This document shows positions 13,585 through 26,447 of a stretch of DNA of 64,000 bases, one piece after another. This DNA comes from the human T2T-CHM13v2.0 reference genome, Homo sapiens, in assembly GCF_009914755.1 (NCBI RefSeq), contig NC_060934.1; one strand, written 5' to 3'. A program made the position numbers and the translations under genes. The notes below the pieces were generated by a model that saw only the letters and a program-made list of their open reading frames with translations, was not told the origin of the DNA and made no database searches. Within the stretch, counting starts at the first letter, position 1. Each line of letters opens with the position of its first letter.

Positions 13585-14450
13585 GTGAACATTTGTCATT
13601 ATTGTTATCTACTCAGCATTTGAGCCTCTTCTTATCCCTGGAAAATACCATCTCCTTAAGCAGGCAAGCCCCGTATGACACACAGCCTTCCTTTTGTAGA
13701 GGCCAAAAATGCTAGAGACTGGTTTGCCAGCTTCTCTTGCACTTAGGGCACAACACTTGGCTTAATCTCCACCATTAGGACTAGAGGGAGCCCTCAGTCT
13801 CCAATCAAAAGCTGGTGCGGGCCTGATGTGGTGGCTTACACCTGTAATCCCTGTAGTTTGGGAGCCCAAGGTGGGAGAATTCCTTGAGCCCAGGAGCTCA
13901 AGACCAGCCTGGGACACATAGCAAGAGCATGTCTCTGTGAATAATAATAATGATAACAATAATAATAAATAGCCAGGCATGGTGGCATATACCTGTGGTC
14001 CCAGCTACTCGGGAAGCTGAAGCAGGAGGATTGCTTGAGCCTGGGTGGTCGAGGCTGTGGTCAGCCATGATCGTGCCACACTGCACTCCAGCCTGGGCTT
14101 CAGAGCAAGACCCCGTCTCAAAACAAACAAACGAAAGCTCGTGCAGCACAGAAGCAGGTTCTACCCAGGGGCTACAATTTGGAAACAGCAACGACAGCTG
14201 CATCTAACCTCCAGAGGTTGCCATGGCAGTGGTTCTGGGGAGGACATCTAACATCCAGTACTGGCGTGGTGGCATTGTGGTGCAAATCATGGCGTCTGTG
14301 CCCTGTGACAGCCACATCAGTGTCTACCAGACAAGTTCTGCAGCATCATCTGAAGCTTGTTCTTGGCTGCCTGACCTCCAAACACATTTTCTGGGTCTCC
14401 CAGAGATACTCTGATTTGCCCAATACCCTTTGCAGGGTAATCATTAAATT
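13585..14450. mobile_element. Possible old ERVL-type LTR (LTR33/LTR16-like) interrupted by AluJ
   Basis: 'cagcttctcttgcacttagggcacaacac' motif and GC-richer flanks on both sides of the Alu; family assignment uncertain. Confidence 0.4.
13820..14133 (+). mobile_element. AluJ element
   Basis: Diverged Alu dimer with J-type 'gaggctgtggtcagccatgatcgtgccac'; (AAT)n-expanded linker; TSD aaagctggtgc/aaagctcgtgc at 13808-13818 and 14134-14144. Confidence 0.92.
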
Positions 14451-16686
14451 ATCTAGTGCCAGTTTCTGTGCCTTGCACCTGAGGGTCAGAATGATGCCAT
14501 GCTTGTCTGTGGCCAGCACGGGGCAGAGTAGTGATGGTGATGTGTGCATCCGAACTCCTATGGGGTCACCCAGTTCTTCTGTAGAAATGATGATGTTCTT
14601 GTAGCTGACACTCAAGTGTACCAACAGGAAGAGACCCAGAGCTTACTGAGTATGAGGCTTTTTTTTTTAACAAAGTGATTTTCTTCAACACTCACTTTCC
14701 TAAACAGTTTTTATATTTGTATATTATCTGACTGTGATCTTTCCACTTTCATTTTAAACTTGGCTAGAGAGCTCAGTTGACACACATTTAGTGAGTGCTT
14801 AATACAGTCTTTGTAACTGGTGAAGTGGGGATGCAAGGCAGTATGTAGCCTCTGCTCTGAGGGCTCTTAAGGTTTGGTTGAGAAGATTAGACATGTACAT
14901 TTGTCAACATAAAAATGCAGCTCCCCAAATACCTGTTCTGTGAGCAACATGACAAAAACAACTATTAAATAATTATATTATATAACCAGAGGGATGGAAT
15001 TTGTAGGTTCTAAACACTCTAAAATATTCTCATTTTATAGTCTCACCCAAGACTTAACAGCTAACTTAAGATGAACATGTTTTGACAGTTTGCTTTGACA
15101 ATTAAACAATGCCTTGGTCAACCCATTATCTTTAAAAAAAATAAACAATCCATGGTAAGATTTTTGCACACCTTTTGCCCATAGTTGCAGCTCAATAAAA
15201 TGCTCAGCGCGGATATGCAGACACAGTAACGCAGACAGGCCAGAGTGAGAATGATTCGGGTTTTTATTTTGACGTAAAGTGACTCAGAGGTCCTGTTTTA
15301 GTACAACCGTTAGTATAGTTATTATCTGGCCAGACAGCCTAGTTCCCTCAAAGTCTCACCTTTGCTGGTTCCCAGGAAAACTTAAGAACAGGAAGAGGAT
15401 GAGAATCACAGACTAAATTAGAGGTGCATGAATTGAGCTCTTAAAGAGAAGCTGCTGCAAGTTTGTCCCTGGATGGTGCCATTAACACACTTTTTTTTTG
15501 TTGTTCTTAGCACCAAATTTAAAATAAAAGTTTACAAAAAACACTAGTGGAAATAGATTATATGAGTCTTGCATTTAGAAGTGCCATCTGTTCAACTTTG
15601 CACCCTCGCAGTCAGAGTGTTAATATCTCCCGTGCAGAGATACCATTTGTCAGCATTTTCCGCTGTGTGGAGTTACCAAACAGTTCACTTTTTAATCCTT
15701 TGGCCTAAGTCAGCTAAAATTCTCTGAGCGCACATGTCTTGAGCTTTGTGTGTCTTTACTATCACCTTCTTGTTTAAGAAAATTTCCTTTCAAAACTCTA
15801 TTAGGAGAAGGGACAGAATTTGGAGCTAACTCTGCCTATGGCAGCCCAAGGCATTTGGGGGAAAGGGGGAGAACTCAGAGGAGTAGATTCCCCTGGAGAA
15901 TAGCTAGTATCTATCTTTCTGATTAACTTCTGCAAGACTTAAATGAGTTTTAAAGGCCCTCATAAAAGAACAAGGGAAAGTCATTGGGGAAAGGAAGAAT
16001 ACAATATTTCTGTTTCAACTGCCAGTGATCTTTATAAACCCTAATTAAGCCCTGATGGGGTATAAAATATCCCAACTTTTATAAATGACTCTGTCAACTA
16101 GACAATATGCAATGCTTAAATTCCCACAAGATTCACGTTCATTTTCAATTGCATTTTGGTGAAGGGAAGAATATAAATACTCAGTTTGAATAGTATTTCA
16201 CTGAAAGGAGAAATTAACCTATGACTTATTTCCGCACTAAACCAAATGGTTTCTTGGAGTTTGGCTTTTCCTCTTAGATTTGCAAAGACAAATCACACAG
16301 TATTACTGTGGATGTCATCGCTGTTGTTATTATTTTAAAACCAGCTGCTCTTTCTTCTGCGTTTTCCCACCATCAAGTAGGTGTGAGGCTTTAAAATTAA
16401 TAAAATTATTTTTTCCCTTGGCCAGTGCACTCATTGTTTAGAAACTTTTGATATAGGTTTTTACAAATACCATTGATTGGGGGTTTTAAAATAATAACAC
16501 TCTGCCCATTTCCAAGTGTAAAAAGAAAGAATATGAAGCAACGTATTATACAGTAAAAAACAAGAAATACATAGGCACCTGATTGGACAGAAAGCAAAGA
16601 TAAGGTGACACAAACACTGGTTGGAGGGAGGTTTATTTATTGACATTAAATGGATAAAATCAAAATGATTTTTAACGTCACCTCCC

Positions 16687-17005
16687 GGCCGAGAAAGGTG
16701 GCTCATGCCTGTAATCCTAGCACTTTGCGAGGCCAAGGCGGGTGGATCATCTGAGGTCAGGAGTTCGAAACCAGCCTGGCCAACATGACGAAACTCCGTC
16801 TCTACTAAAAATACAAAAATTAACCAGGCGTGGTGGTGCATGCCTGTAATCCAAGCTACTTAGGAGGCTGAGGCAGGAGAATCCCTTGAACCTGGGGGAC
16901 AGAGGTTGCAGTGAGTGGAGATCGCACTACTACACTCCAGCTCAGGTGAAAGAGTAAGACTCCATCTCAAAAAATAAAAATAAAAATAAAATAATAAAAT
17001 AATAA
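16687..17005 (+). mobile_element. AluS element
   Basis: Complete Alu dimer with (taaaa)n tail. Confidence 0.95.
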
Positions 17006-17027
17006 TCTCTCTTTAAAATATGGCATG

Positions 17028-17279
17028 GGGCTACTCTGGGGACCTCCACCTCCCATCAGATCAGCCATGGCATTTGATTCTCATAGGAGCTGGAACCCTA
17101 TTGTGAAACGCGCATCCCAGGGATCTAGGTTGTGTGCTCCTTACAAGAAGAATCTAATGCCTGATCCGAGGTGGAACGGTTTCATCCTGAAACTGCTCCA
17201 TGCTCTGCCTATGGAGTAGCCGTTCTTTATTCCTTTACTTTCTTAATAAACTTGCTTTCACGAAAAAAAAAAAAGAAAG
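17028..17279 (+). mobile_element. Chimeric retroposed insert: internal MER1B fragment + MER41-like LTR polyA region + poly(A)
   Basis: MER1B-like 17044-17193; 'gctctgcctatggagtagcc...cttaataaacttgctttcac' 17202-17261; AATAAA 17245-17250; A-tail from 17263; degenerate TSD aaaatatggcatg/aaaagaaagcatg. Confidence 0.7.
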
Positions 17280-17582
17280 AAAAGAAAGCATGATACTTGA
17301 GGATATGTGACAACACTCTTGTCTTTGAACGTGATCGGGGAAAAGTTATGGAGCCAACATTTCTGAACCTCTTTCCCAGACAAGAGGAAATCTGTGCTGT
17401 GAAAGGACATCTGATCCTGGAGGGGTGAGTGACTCAGTCCACTGGGACTGTGCTGGCGGTGACTGTGCTTACCTTGCAGCCAAGGAAAGCTGCAGAGGCA
17501 ACAGGGGCAGATGGAACCCATGTGCTGTGCTCCATGGGCCTCGTCCACTGGCCTGAAGCTCCCCATTCCTCCCTAGGAGGAA

Positions 17583-18291
<709 letters not shown>

Positions 18292-19158
18292 TGGACACAC
18301 TCCCCCTAGGAATTTTACTTGTTCCTAGGAGGCTCCGTTCTTCCACTGGCCTGAAGCGCCCCATTCCTCCTTAGGAATGGGGAGGTTTCTCAAGCTCGGA
18401 GAGCTGAGGACACTTTGTGAAGATATTTTACCTCCCTTGGTTTTGCATCCATCCTGGCTCATGGATTACCCTGTTGATCGCAACTTGGGACTTGGTTTCA
18501 CACAGGGATTTTTTCCTAGAGCTGCCATCATCACCTCCGTGTGCACTCATCAGCACAACTGCCATGTTAGGCCCCTCCTCTGTTTTCGGCCCTGTGTTGA
18601 ATGACTTGTATCCATTGTGTCCACACAAACCTGAGAAGTGGGCAATCTAATTATCTTCCTTTTACACATGAGGAGGCAGGCACAAACAGTGAAGTCACTT
18701 ATCCAAAGTCACACACTGAGTAAGTAACAGAACTGGGTTTTGATCTCAGAACCAAGTCCAAACCCTATGCTTTCAACCACTATTCTGTACCGATTGTCTT
18801 AGCTGCTCGCCTGTAGGCGTATTTCTCAAAGTGGGTGACACTTATTATGATTTTTTTAGCACTCATTGCTGGTCTCTTCTAAATTTGGTTAACCTGGGAC
18901 AATCCCCAAAAGACTGAGAAACTCTATTGTCCTAGGAAACATACCTTTGGCTGCTTGCAGGTATATTTCACAAAATACAAATTCAATAAATGTTAGCTAT
19001 TACTATCAAGATGATTAGCAGTATTAGCATTATTGGTCATTTATGAGTTCGGTTAGCTTGAGATAGTCTTTGAGAAGCCAGTTGTCTCTGGTTTATTGTT
19101 CTAAAAAGCATCCATTTTCTGGAGCAACCAGGTTGAAGTCTCTGCCTGACCATATCTG

Positions 19159-19506
19159 TGACACTTCTTTATCTCGATGTTTTTGAGTTATAACAATCTG
19201 TAAACAAGACAGCTAAAATAAAGTTGAACAAGATCAGAAATTATATAGAAGATGAAATAATTATACTAGAGATAGTAACTAGATACATATATTAGTTGGA
19301 TGCTAAATCTAGTTCTGAGCTTCCTGATAGCCAAGATGAGAAGGAAAATCTAGCAAGACACATATCTCTCATTGTCTGGTAAAAAAACTTGCTGGTACTC
19401 AATCTTAAACAGAGTGTATAGTACACATCTGCATCAAATAACACTTAATAGGGTAATGAGTTTCATCAAAAAGCAGTTCTATGCACAATCCAGACATGTT
19501 ATTTAT
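19159..19506 (+). repeat. Right arm (probable donor) of the inverted duplication
   Basis: See 17583-18291; this arm lacks the Alu and a ~27-bp segment present in the left arm at ~17705-17731. Confidence 0.92.
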
Positions 19507-19623
19507 ATTGATGCTTCTAATTTCAATGATTTAAAAGGTAGACAAGTTGTTGATTGGGAGGACTGTTTAGTGAAAGCACATCTACATTATAGCCCAGGGC
19601 TCTGACTTGCCATCAAGATAGAG

Positions 19624-19966
19624 CAGGGGTCCCAACCCCTTAGCCTCGGACCCATACTAGTTCTTGGCCTGTTAGGAACCAGGCCACACAGCAAGAGGTA
19701 AGCAGCAGGCCAGGGAGCATTACTACCTGAGCTCTGCCTCCCGTCAGATCTGCCACGGCATTCCATTCTCATAGGAGCTGGAACCCTATTGTGAAATGCG
19801 CATCTGAGGGATCTAGGTTGTGGTTGTACGCTCCTTACAAGAATCTAATGCCTGATCTGAGGTGTAACAGTTTCATCCCAAAACCATCTCCCATCCCGCC
19901 CCTGTCCGTGGAAAAACTGTCTTCCACGAACCTGGTCCCTGGTGCCAAAAAGGTTGGGGACCACTG
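19624..19966 (+). mobile_element. MER1B (hAT-Charlie MITE), full length
   Basis: TIRs 'caggggtcccaacc'...'aggttggggaccactg' and internal sequence follow the recalled MER1B consensus. Confidence 0.9.
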
Positions 19967-20238
19967 GAATCGAGCATAAAGGACATAGAGGAATATCCCT
20001 TAACAGTTCCATAAACATCTGTTATCCCAGTCCTGCATTTGATGGGCAACGCAGAGCAGTGCATTCAAAACGGAGCTGTTAGCGGAGAATTGATTGAAAA
20101 GAGCGCTATGCTGATTGAAAAGAGCGCTATGTCTTATGGTTGCTAATTTCGGGTTAGATAGCAAGACTGATTTTTGTTATATTTATTAAGAAACCCCAAC
20201 ATGCATTTTTATCCCAGCAGAGGACCATGTTAATTATA

Positions 20239-20591
20239 CAGCTGACCCTCCATATCTGTGGGTTCTGTGTCAGTGGATTCAACCAACCACAGATCAAAAA
20301 TATTTTTTTAAAAAGATGATGGTGTCATGTACAGACTTTTTTCTTTCATGATTCCCTAAACAACACAGTATAACAACTATTTACATGGCATTGACATTGT
20401 ATTAGGTATTATAAGTTATCTAGAGATGATTTAAAGTATACAGGAGCATAATTTAAGTATACTTAAAGTATGTGCATAGGTGATATGCAAACACTACACC
20501 ATTTCATATCAGGAACTTGGGCATATGTGGATTTTGGTATCTGCAGGGGAGTCCTGGAACCAATTCCCCATAGACACTGAGGGACGACTCT
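20239..20591 (+). mobile_element. Tigger3a/MER7-type DNA transposon fossil
   Basis: 'cagctgaccctccatatctgtgggttc...ttccctaaacaacacagtataacaactatttac...gtcctggaaccaattcccc...actgagggacgact'. Confidence 0.8.
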
Positions 20592-20734
20592 TGGTAATGA
20601 ATACCTGTGGGGGAAAGACACAGTAAGAAACTATCTCAATATCTCATGGGGCTAGCAACACATCATCATAAATTAAACTAAACCTATTACAATAACTCCT
20701 GGCATTGATGGACATCATTTCAATGTGAAAAATA

Positions 20735-20870
20735 CAGGAGACCCTTGAACAACATGGCTTTGAACTGGGCGGATCCACTTCCAGGTCAAAAACAATTGGT
20801 GGGCCCAGTTTTTTTAAGTGAATATGGTCAGACCTCCATCTCAGTGGGCTCTGCATCTGCAATCAGAATA
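20735..20870 (+). mobile_element. Tigger2/MER8-like fragment
   Basis: TIR-like 'acccttgaacaacatggctttgaactgggcggatccactt'. Confidence 0.55.
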
Positions 20871-21964
20871 TATTGGCTTCAACTTTTAAAATGTGGATAT
20901 AGGATCAGGGATCCTTCTGAATCCCAGTTGGGCCACCAGCCATTTATGTCCTCTTAAATATCTCTGCTTCCTGGTGTTAGAGGAACCAGCCACAAAAAGG
21001 GCAGGAGAAGACGGGCAAAGCGGCAGCAATTATGTGAACTAAAATTAAATACTAACTTTCCTTTGGTCTCATAGTCAGCAATAATTCACTTAGCAGAATT
21101 AGTCCTTTCTTACTAAGAGCAATGCCCCTGACTCACGGATGTTTCTGTGAGCCAGATTTCATGGTCTGAGTCAGAAATCTCTCTAAATCCTTGTAAGTTG
21201 TGTTTTGTTCTGTTCGATGCATTTTTGAATGCTCATGGGGCTTATCCATAAAACTCCCTTAGATGGCTGATCTTTCTCTCTTCCCACCCCCAAGTTTGGA
21301 GAACACATATCTCTTTAAATACTGGGTGAAATCCAAACCTTGGATCCAGAGCATAGAGCTCAGACTAACATCAGCTATCTCGGCAGGGGCACACCATGAC
21401 CCCGGCCCCATCTTCCTCCTGTTTGGCTTTGTAATCATCCCATGACACTCTTCATGTCCTGCCTGACTTAAGTCTTTACCACTTTGGCCCTTGGCAGGAA
21501 CCAGGCCCTGCTTCCATGAATGGTCCTCTTTCTTGGCTGTCTGAGCTCAGCTAGAGGAAATTCTCTCTCCTCTGAAGTCATGCAGGACCAGCTCAGTTTT
21601 TCCTCCTTCCCTGACTTTCTGTCACTGCCTTTTACTCCCTTGCTAGAGGAAAGGATTTCTACTGCTTGTCTCTGCTACTTGGTTCCCCTGGCCCCTCTTT
21701 CCAAACACCTGCAGAAACTCTAACTGTCCTTGGCTAGACTCAAATGTCCCTTGACAGAGCTGATGAAGACGGAGACTTCTGAACAGTGATGCTCTGGACC
21801 GGTTAGCCCCTTCAGCAAGACAATGCCTCCCGTGCTTTAGAATTCTCAGTGCTGCCACCTTAATGCCCTCTGTCCTCATGCCACTTGTGTTTCATGTCTT
21901 ACATTCTAGCAAGCTCCTAAAAGAAATCACAAGCCAGGCAACCAGCCAGCTCAAAATTAATTTA

Positions 21965-23492
21965 AAATCTTCTTTTCCCTCACACCATACACAAAAATAA
22001 ACTCCAAATGGGTGAGAAATTTAAATGTAAAACATAAAACCATACATGTACTGGAATAAAACACAGGTGAATTTCATTATATAAGTTGGATATGGGGAGA
22101 AGTTTTCCAATTATGACTCAAAATCCAGATGTAGCAAAGAAAACATTGAATTTTTTAAAAATTGTCAAAAAAGAATATAAGTAAAAACACAATTGTTAAA
22201 CTGGAATAAAAGAGTTGCAACATATATCACAGAGAAAGAGTTAATATCCCTTATATATTTTCAAAAACTCAAAAACTATAAGAGGAAAAAAAAAACCTGA
22301 CAGGAAAATGGGCAAAAGAGATAGAGAATTCACACACACAAAATGCAAGTGTATATACATATACACAATGTATATAAGTATGTATACAGTTGACCCTTAT
22401 ATATTAAAAGACATTTAATTTCACTTACTATAAGAAAAATCTCAGTTAAAATTGCACGGAGATATAAATTCTTATGAATCTGATAGGCAAAATGTTAAAA
22501 ATTTGACAACATACTCTTGATGAAGCTTTGAGGAAATTGACACTCTTATACATTACTAGTCATCAATGTCTAACTACATATGCATTTACCTGTTGGCCCA
22601 GAAATCCAACTTATAGGAATTTACTCTGAAGATATACTTCTAGGAATATAAAAAATTATGCAGAAAGTTATTCCAAGTTGTGATTTATAATAGCAAATTA
22701 TTGGAAATAGTCTTACTGCCAATGCATAGGGGAATGGTTCAATAAACAATGATACAGCCACCCAGGGGAGCAGTATGCAGATGTTAAAAAAAATTAAAGA
22801 AGAAAGAAGGTTTCTATGAACTGATAGATAATTTCAGGATATATTTTTAAGTTAAAAAAACAGCAAGATGAAACAGGAAAAAAATATATAGTGATATATA
22901 TATATATAGTTATTTGTGTGTAAGACAGAAGGAGAAATAAGATCTTTTTCCCCAAAAGAAATGCAGGAAGCCTAAGCAAGAAGTGAATCCAATTGGCTAG
23001 TTTCAAGAGGTGGGTGGGAACATAGTGGAAGGGAAAGAGAGGAAGTAAGATTTCTATCAGTATATAGTTTTGACTTTTAAATCATGTTTATGTTTTTCAA
23101 ACTTAAAATTAGAAAGGATGAGGAGGAGCTAAATGTTAATACAAATGGAAACAAATTCATTTGTGTATGAAATTGTTAACATAACCACACAGAAGGAAAA
23201 AAAAGGAATGAATCTACGTGAGTTTTGAGCATATTCCTCTGACTGTCTGCCCTTAATGGGATATAGGTTAAGGACATAAGAGAAGTGCAAGGAATTCAGC
23301 TTGACTCAATAGGCTTGTTGTTTGAAAGGAGTATTGATATTATTCTAAAATATTGTAATGTAGGACTGAGAATATAAGTAAATAATCCAATGTGTTTGGG
23401 GACCAAGGTCCTCACTGTGGATAAAAAGAGATAACAAAGGTAGAATGGAGAGAAATAATCTTATAATTTTGGATTAGATTTGGAGGTATCAG
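21965..23492 (+). mobile_element. Old L1M (L1MC-like) ORF2 end + 3'UTR
   Basis: 'cacaccatacacaaaaataactccaaatgg...aaatgtaaaacat', 'cccagaaatccaacttataggaatttactctgaag'. Confidence 0.75.
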
Positions 23493-23618
23493 GGGTGTGT
23501 GTGTGTGTCCTGTTCACATACTCTTGAATGACACCTCGGGGCAGAGAGGCAGTGTTAGTCTTAGCCAGCCTTCTAGGGAATGGGATCCAATCCAGGTATT
23601 GAAGAAAATAGGATGAGA

Positions 23619-23997
<379 letters not shown>

Positions 23998-24533
23998 TCA
24001 AGTCACAGGAAATGCAACCCTATTTTCAGCACATTGTGGAAAGTAGCTTGGTCAAGTGGAAAGAACATAGGCTCTAGAGATCTGTGAAATGAGTTCAAAT
24101 TCTACCATGCCTTGTTCCTTACTTTCTGACTCTGGGTAACTGAACCTCAGAGCTTCAGGTCCCTTGTTTGTACGGAAAAATGTTAGCAACCTTGCAGGGT
24201 GTTGCTGGGAGGACTATATGAGGGATGTCGATAAACTGCAGGGCATAGTGCAGAGGCCTGGAAAATGGAAATTAGCATGACTGCTAGTATTCATAAAACA
24301 CAGTCATACAAGCCCACTGCTGGAGGGAAGTACTGGTACATGGTTTTTCTGGAAATCTATACCAAAAGTTCTGAAACTGTTTCTGTCTCTTGAGTCAGCC
24401 ATTCCACTTCTCAGCATTTATCTGGAGGAAATAGTAGAAATATACACAGAGAGTTATGGATAGCAATATTTGTTTCAACATAATATGCTAAAGGCTGGCA
24501 ACAATTGAACAAATTTAACAATTAAAAATTTTA

Positions 24534-24935
<402 letters not shown>

Positions 24936-25019
24936 TTATATGAAATCCAAATGTACACAGCTACATAGATAGGTGGTTGAGAGAGAGAGACTTGTAAATA
25001 TATACGTATAGCCAACTGA

Positions 25020-25510
25020 GGAATTCTCTAAATTGAAATCATGCAGGCAAACTGCAGGTACTATCGTATCACTCTATTATTCCTTCTACATTATTAGTTG
25101 GCATTCTTCGGTAAAGAAAATCTTTCCCTTCCCCGGCTCCTTCTAGCACCCCAAGGTTTTTGGTTTTCATTTTGTTCTCAGCATCACTATAGACTCATGG
25201 ATTCTTTGTGCTGTGATTCGTAACTGTCATTATTCTTTCTGCTGCTCAATTTGTCCCAAATTTTGCAACAGAAACATTTTTAGCTGGCTCCTGTATTTTT
25301 TTTACATGTTCCCATTATTTTTTGAGCACTTTTAGGTTCATCCTCTTCCTTCTCTACTCCAGTATATTTCTCTAAAGAATCCTCGTTTCTTTCAGTGGAG
25401 ATCTTGCTACTTAGGGACTTGGTACTTAGAGAACAAGACCTGGGTGCGAGGAGGGCTTATTGGTCCTGGAGTGTCACTGTTTCTAGATTCTTTCATTAGA
25501 GAGATATTCA
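25020..25510 (-). mobile_element. Old L1MC-type 3'UTR fragment
   Basis: 'gctcaatttgtcccaaattttgcaac...ttttgagcactt...tttcagtggag...agaacaagacctgggtgc'. Confidence 0.55.
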
Positions 25511-26244
25511 GATATGTTATCTGACTTCTCATTTAAAAATGAGAATTTTTTACTTTTGCATTAGGATAAAAAAATACAAAAATGTAAAAATCTATAGTTT
25601 TACCCTTTTTTATTCCTTCGAAGTAAGGAATGGAAAGGTGAATTGAAAAATAGAGACCAGATTGATTTATGTAAGGGCATAGGTTCTCTGTGGAACATGG
25701 GACTAGGGCATGTGAGAGAAGCAAGCTGGAGTTTCAGCGAGTCCAAAGAGATATTAGGGGAGCAGTTACAAAGATAAGTGGAGCTTCTTTCAGCAGGGAG
25801 ATGCCTACAAAGGGCTTTTTAAAGTTTTGCTATTTACTTTGCGAGGAAATTCTAATTTCCTCCATTTTTTAAGAGACTTCAGTGAAGATATTAGTTTTCT
25901 AGCCCTTTAGAGTTAGATTTGTGTTTCTCTTAATGCTGACACCAAGCAAAAATGGTTCTAAAGGCAAGAGCAAGAAGATTCACGATTATTTACATTATAA
26001 GTACTAAGAGAACATTTCATGTAAGGAGCTACATGTCATCAATTCCTATTTTCAGAATGGTGGAATGAAAATAAATATGCTCTGGAGTTGGAAATAGTTT
26101 TGAAGTCCATTCCACCACCTCTGGAATCTTGGCCAAGGTACTTAACTTTTCTGAATCTCATTCTGCCTGGAAAAACTGCAGAAGACTGGAAATGGGCAGA
26201 ATTTATTAGTGTCCTTTCAATGGAATACTGAGCATTATTTAAAC

Positions 26245-26447
26245 CAGTGTCCAAACTCTGGATGATTTTCCTTCTAGGGGACATTTGGCAATTTCTGTAG
26301 TCATTTTTCGTTGTCACATTTTGGATTGCTCCTGGAATCCGTGCATAGAAGGTGGGGATGGTGTGAAACACCTTATAATGCACAGGACAGCCTTCCACTG
26401 CCCCCCCAAAAAAATTATCTGGACTAAAATGAGATTGAGAAATCTGG
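26245..26447 (+). mobile_element. MER20 (hAT-Charlie)
   Basis: 'ggggacatttggcaatttctgtagtcatttttcgttgtcac...aaacaccttataatgcacaggacagcc...ttgagaaatctg'. Confidence 0.85.

Noticed and set aside
13762-14624. Overlapping ORFs up to 141 aa
   Set aside because: Alu/LTR-derived frames and chance ORFs in locally GC-richer sequence; no homology or exon structure evident
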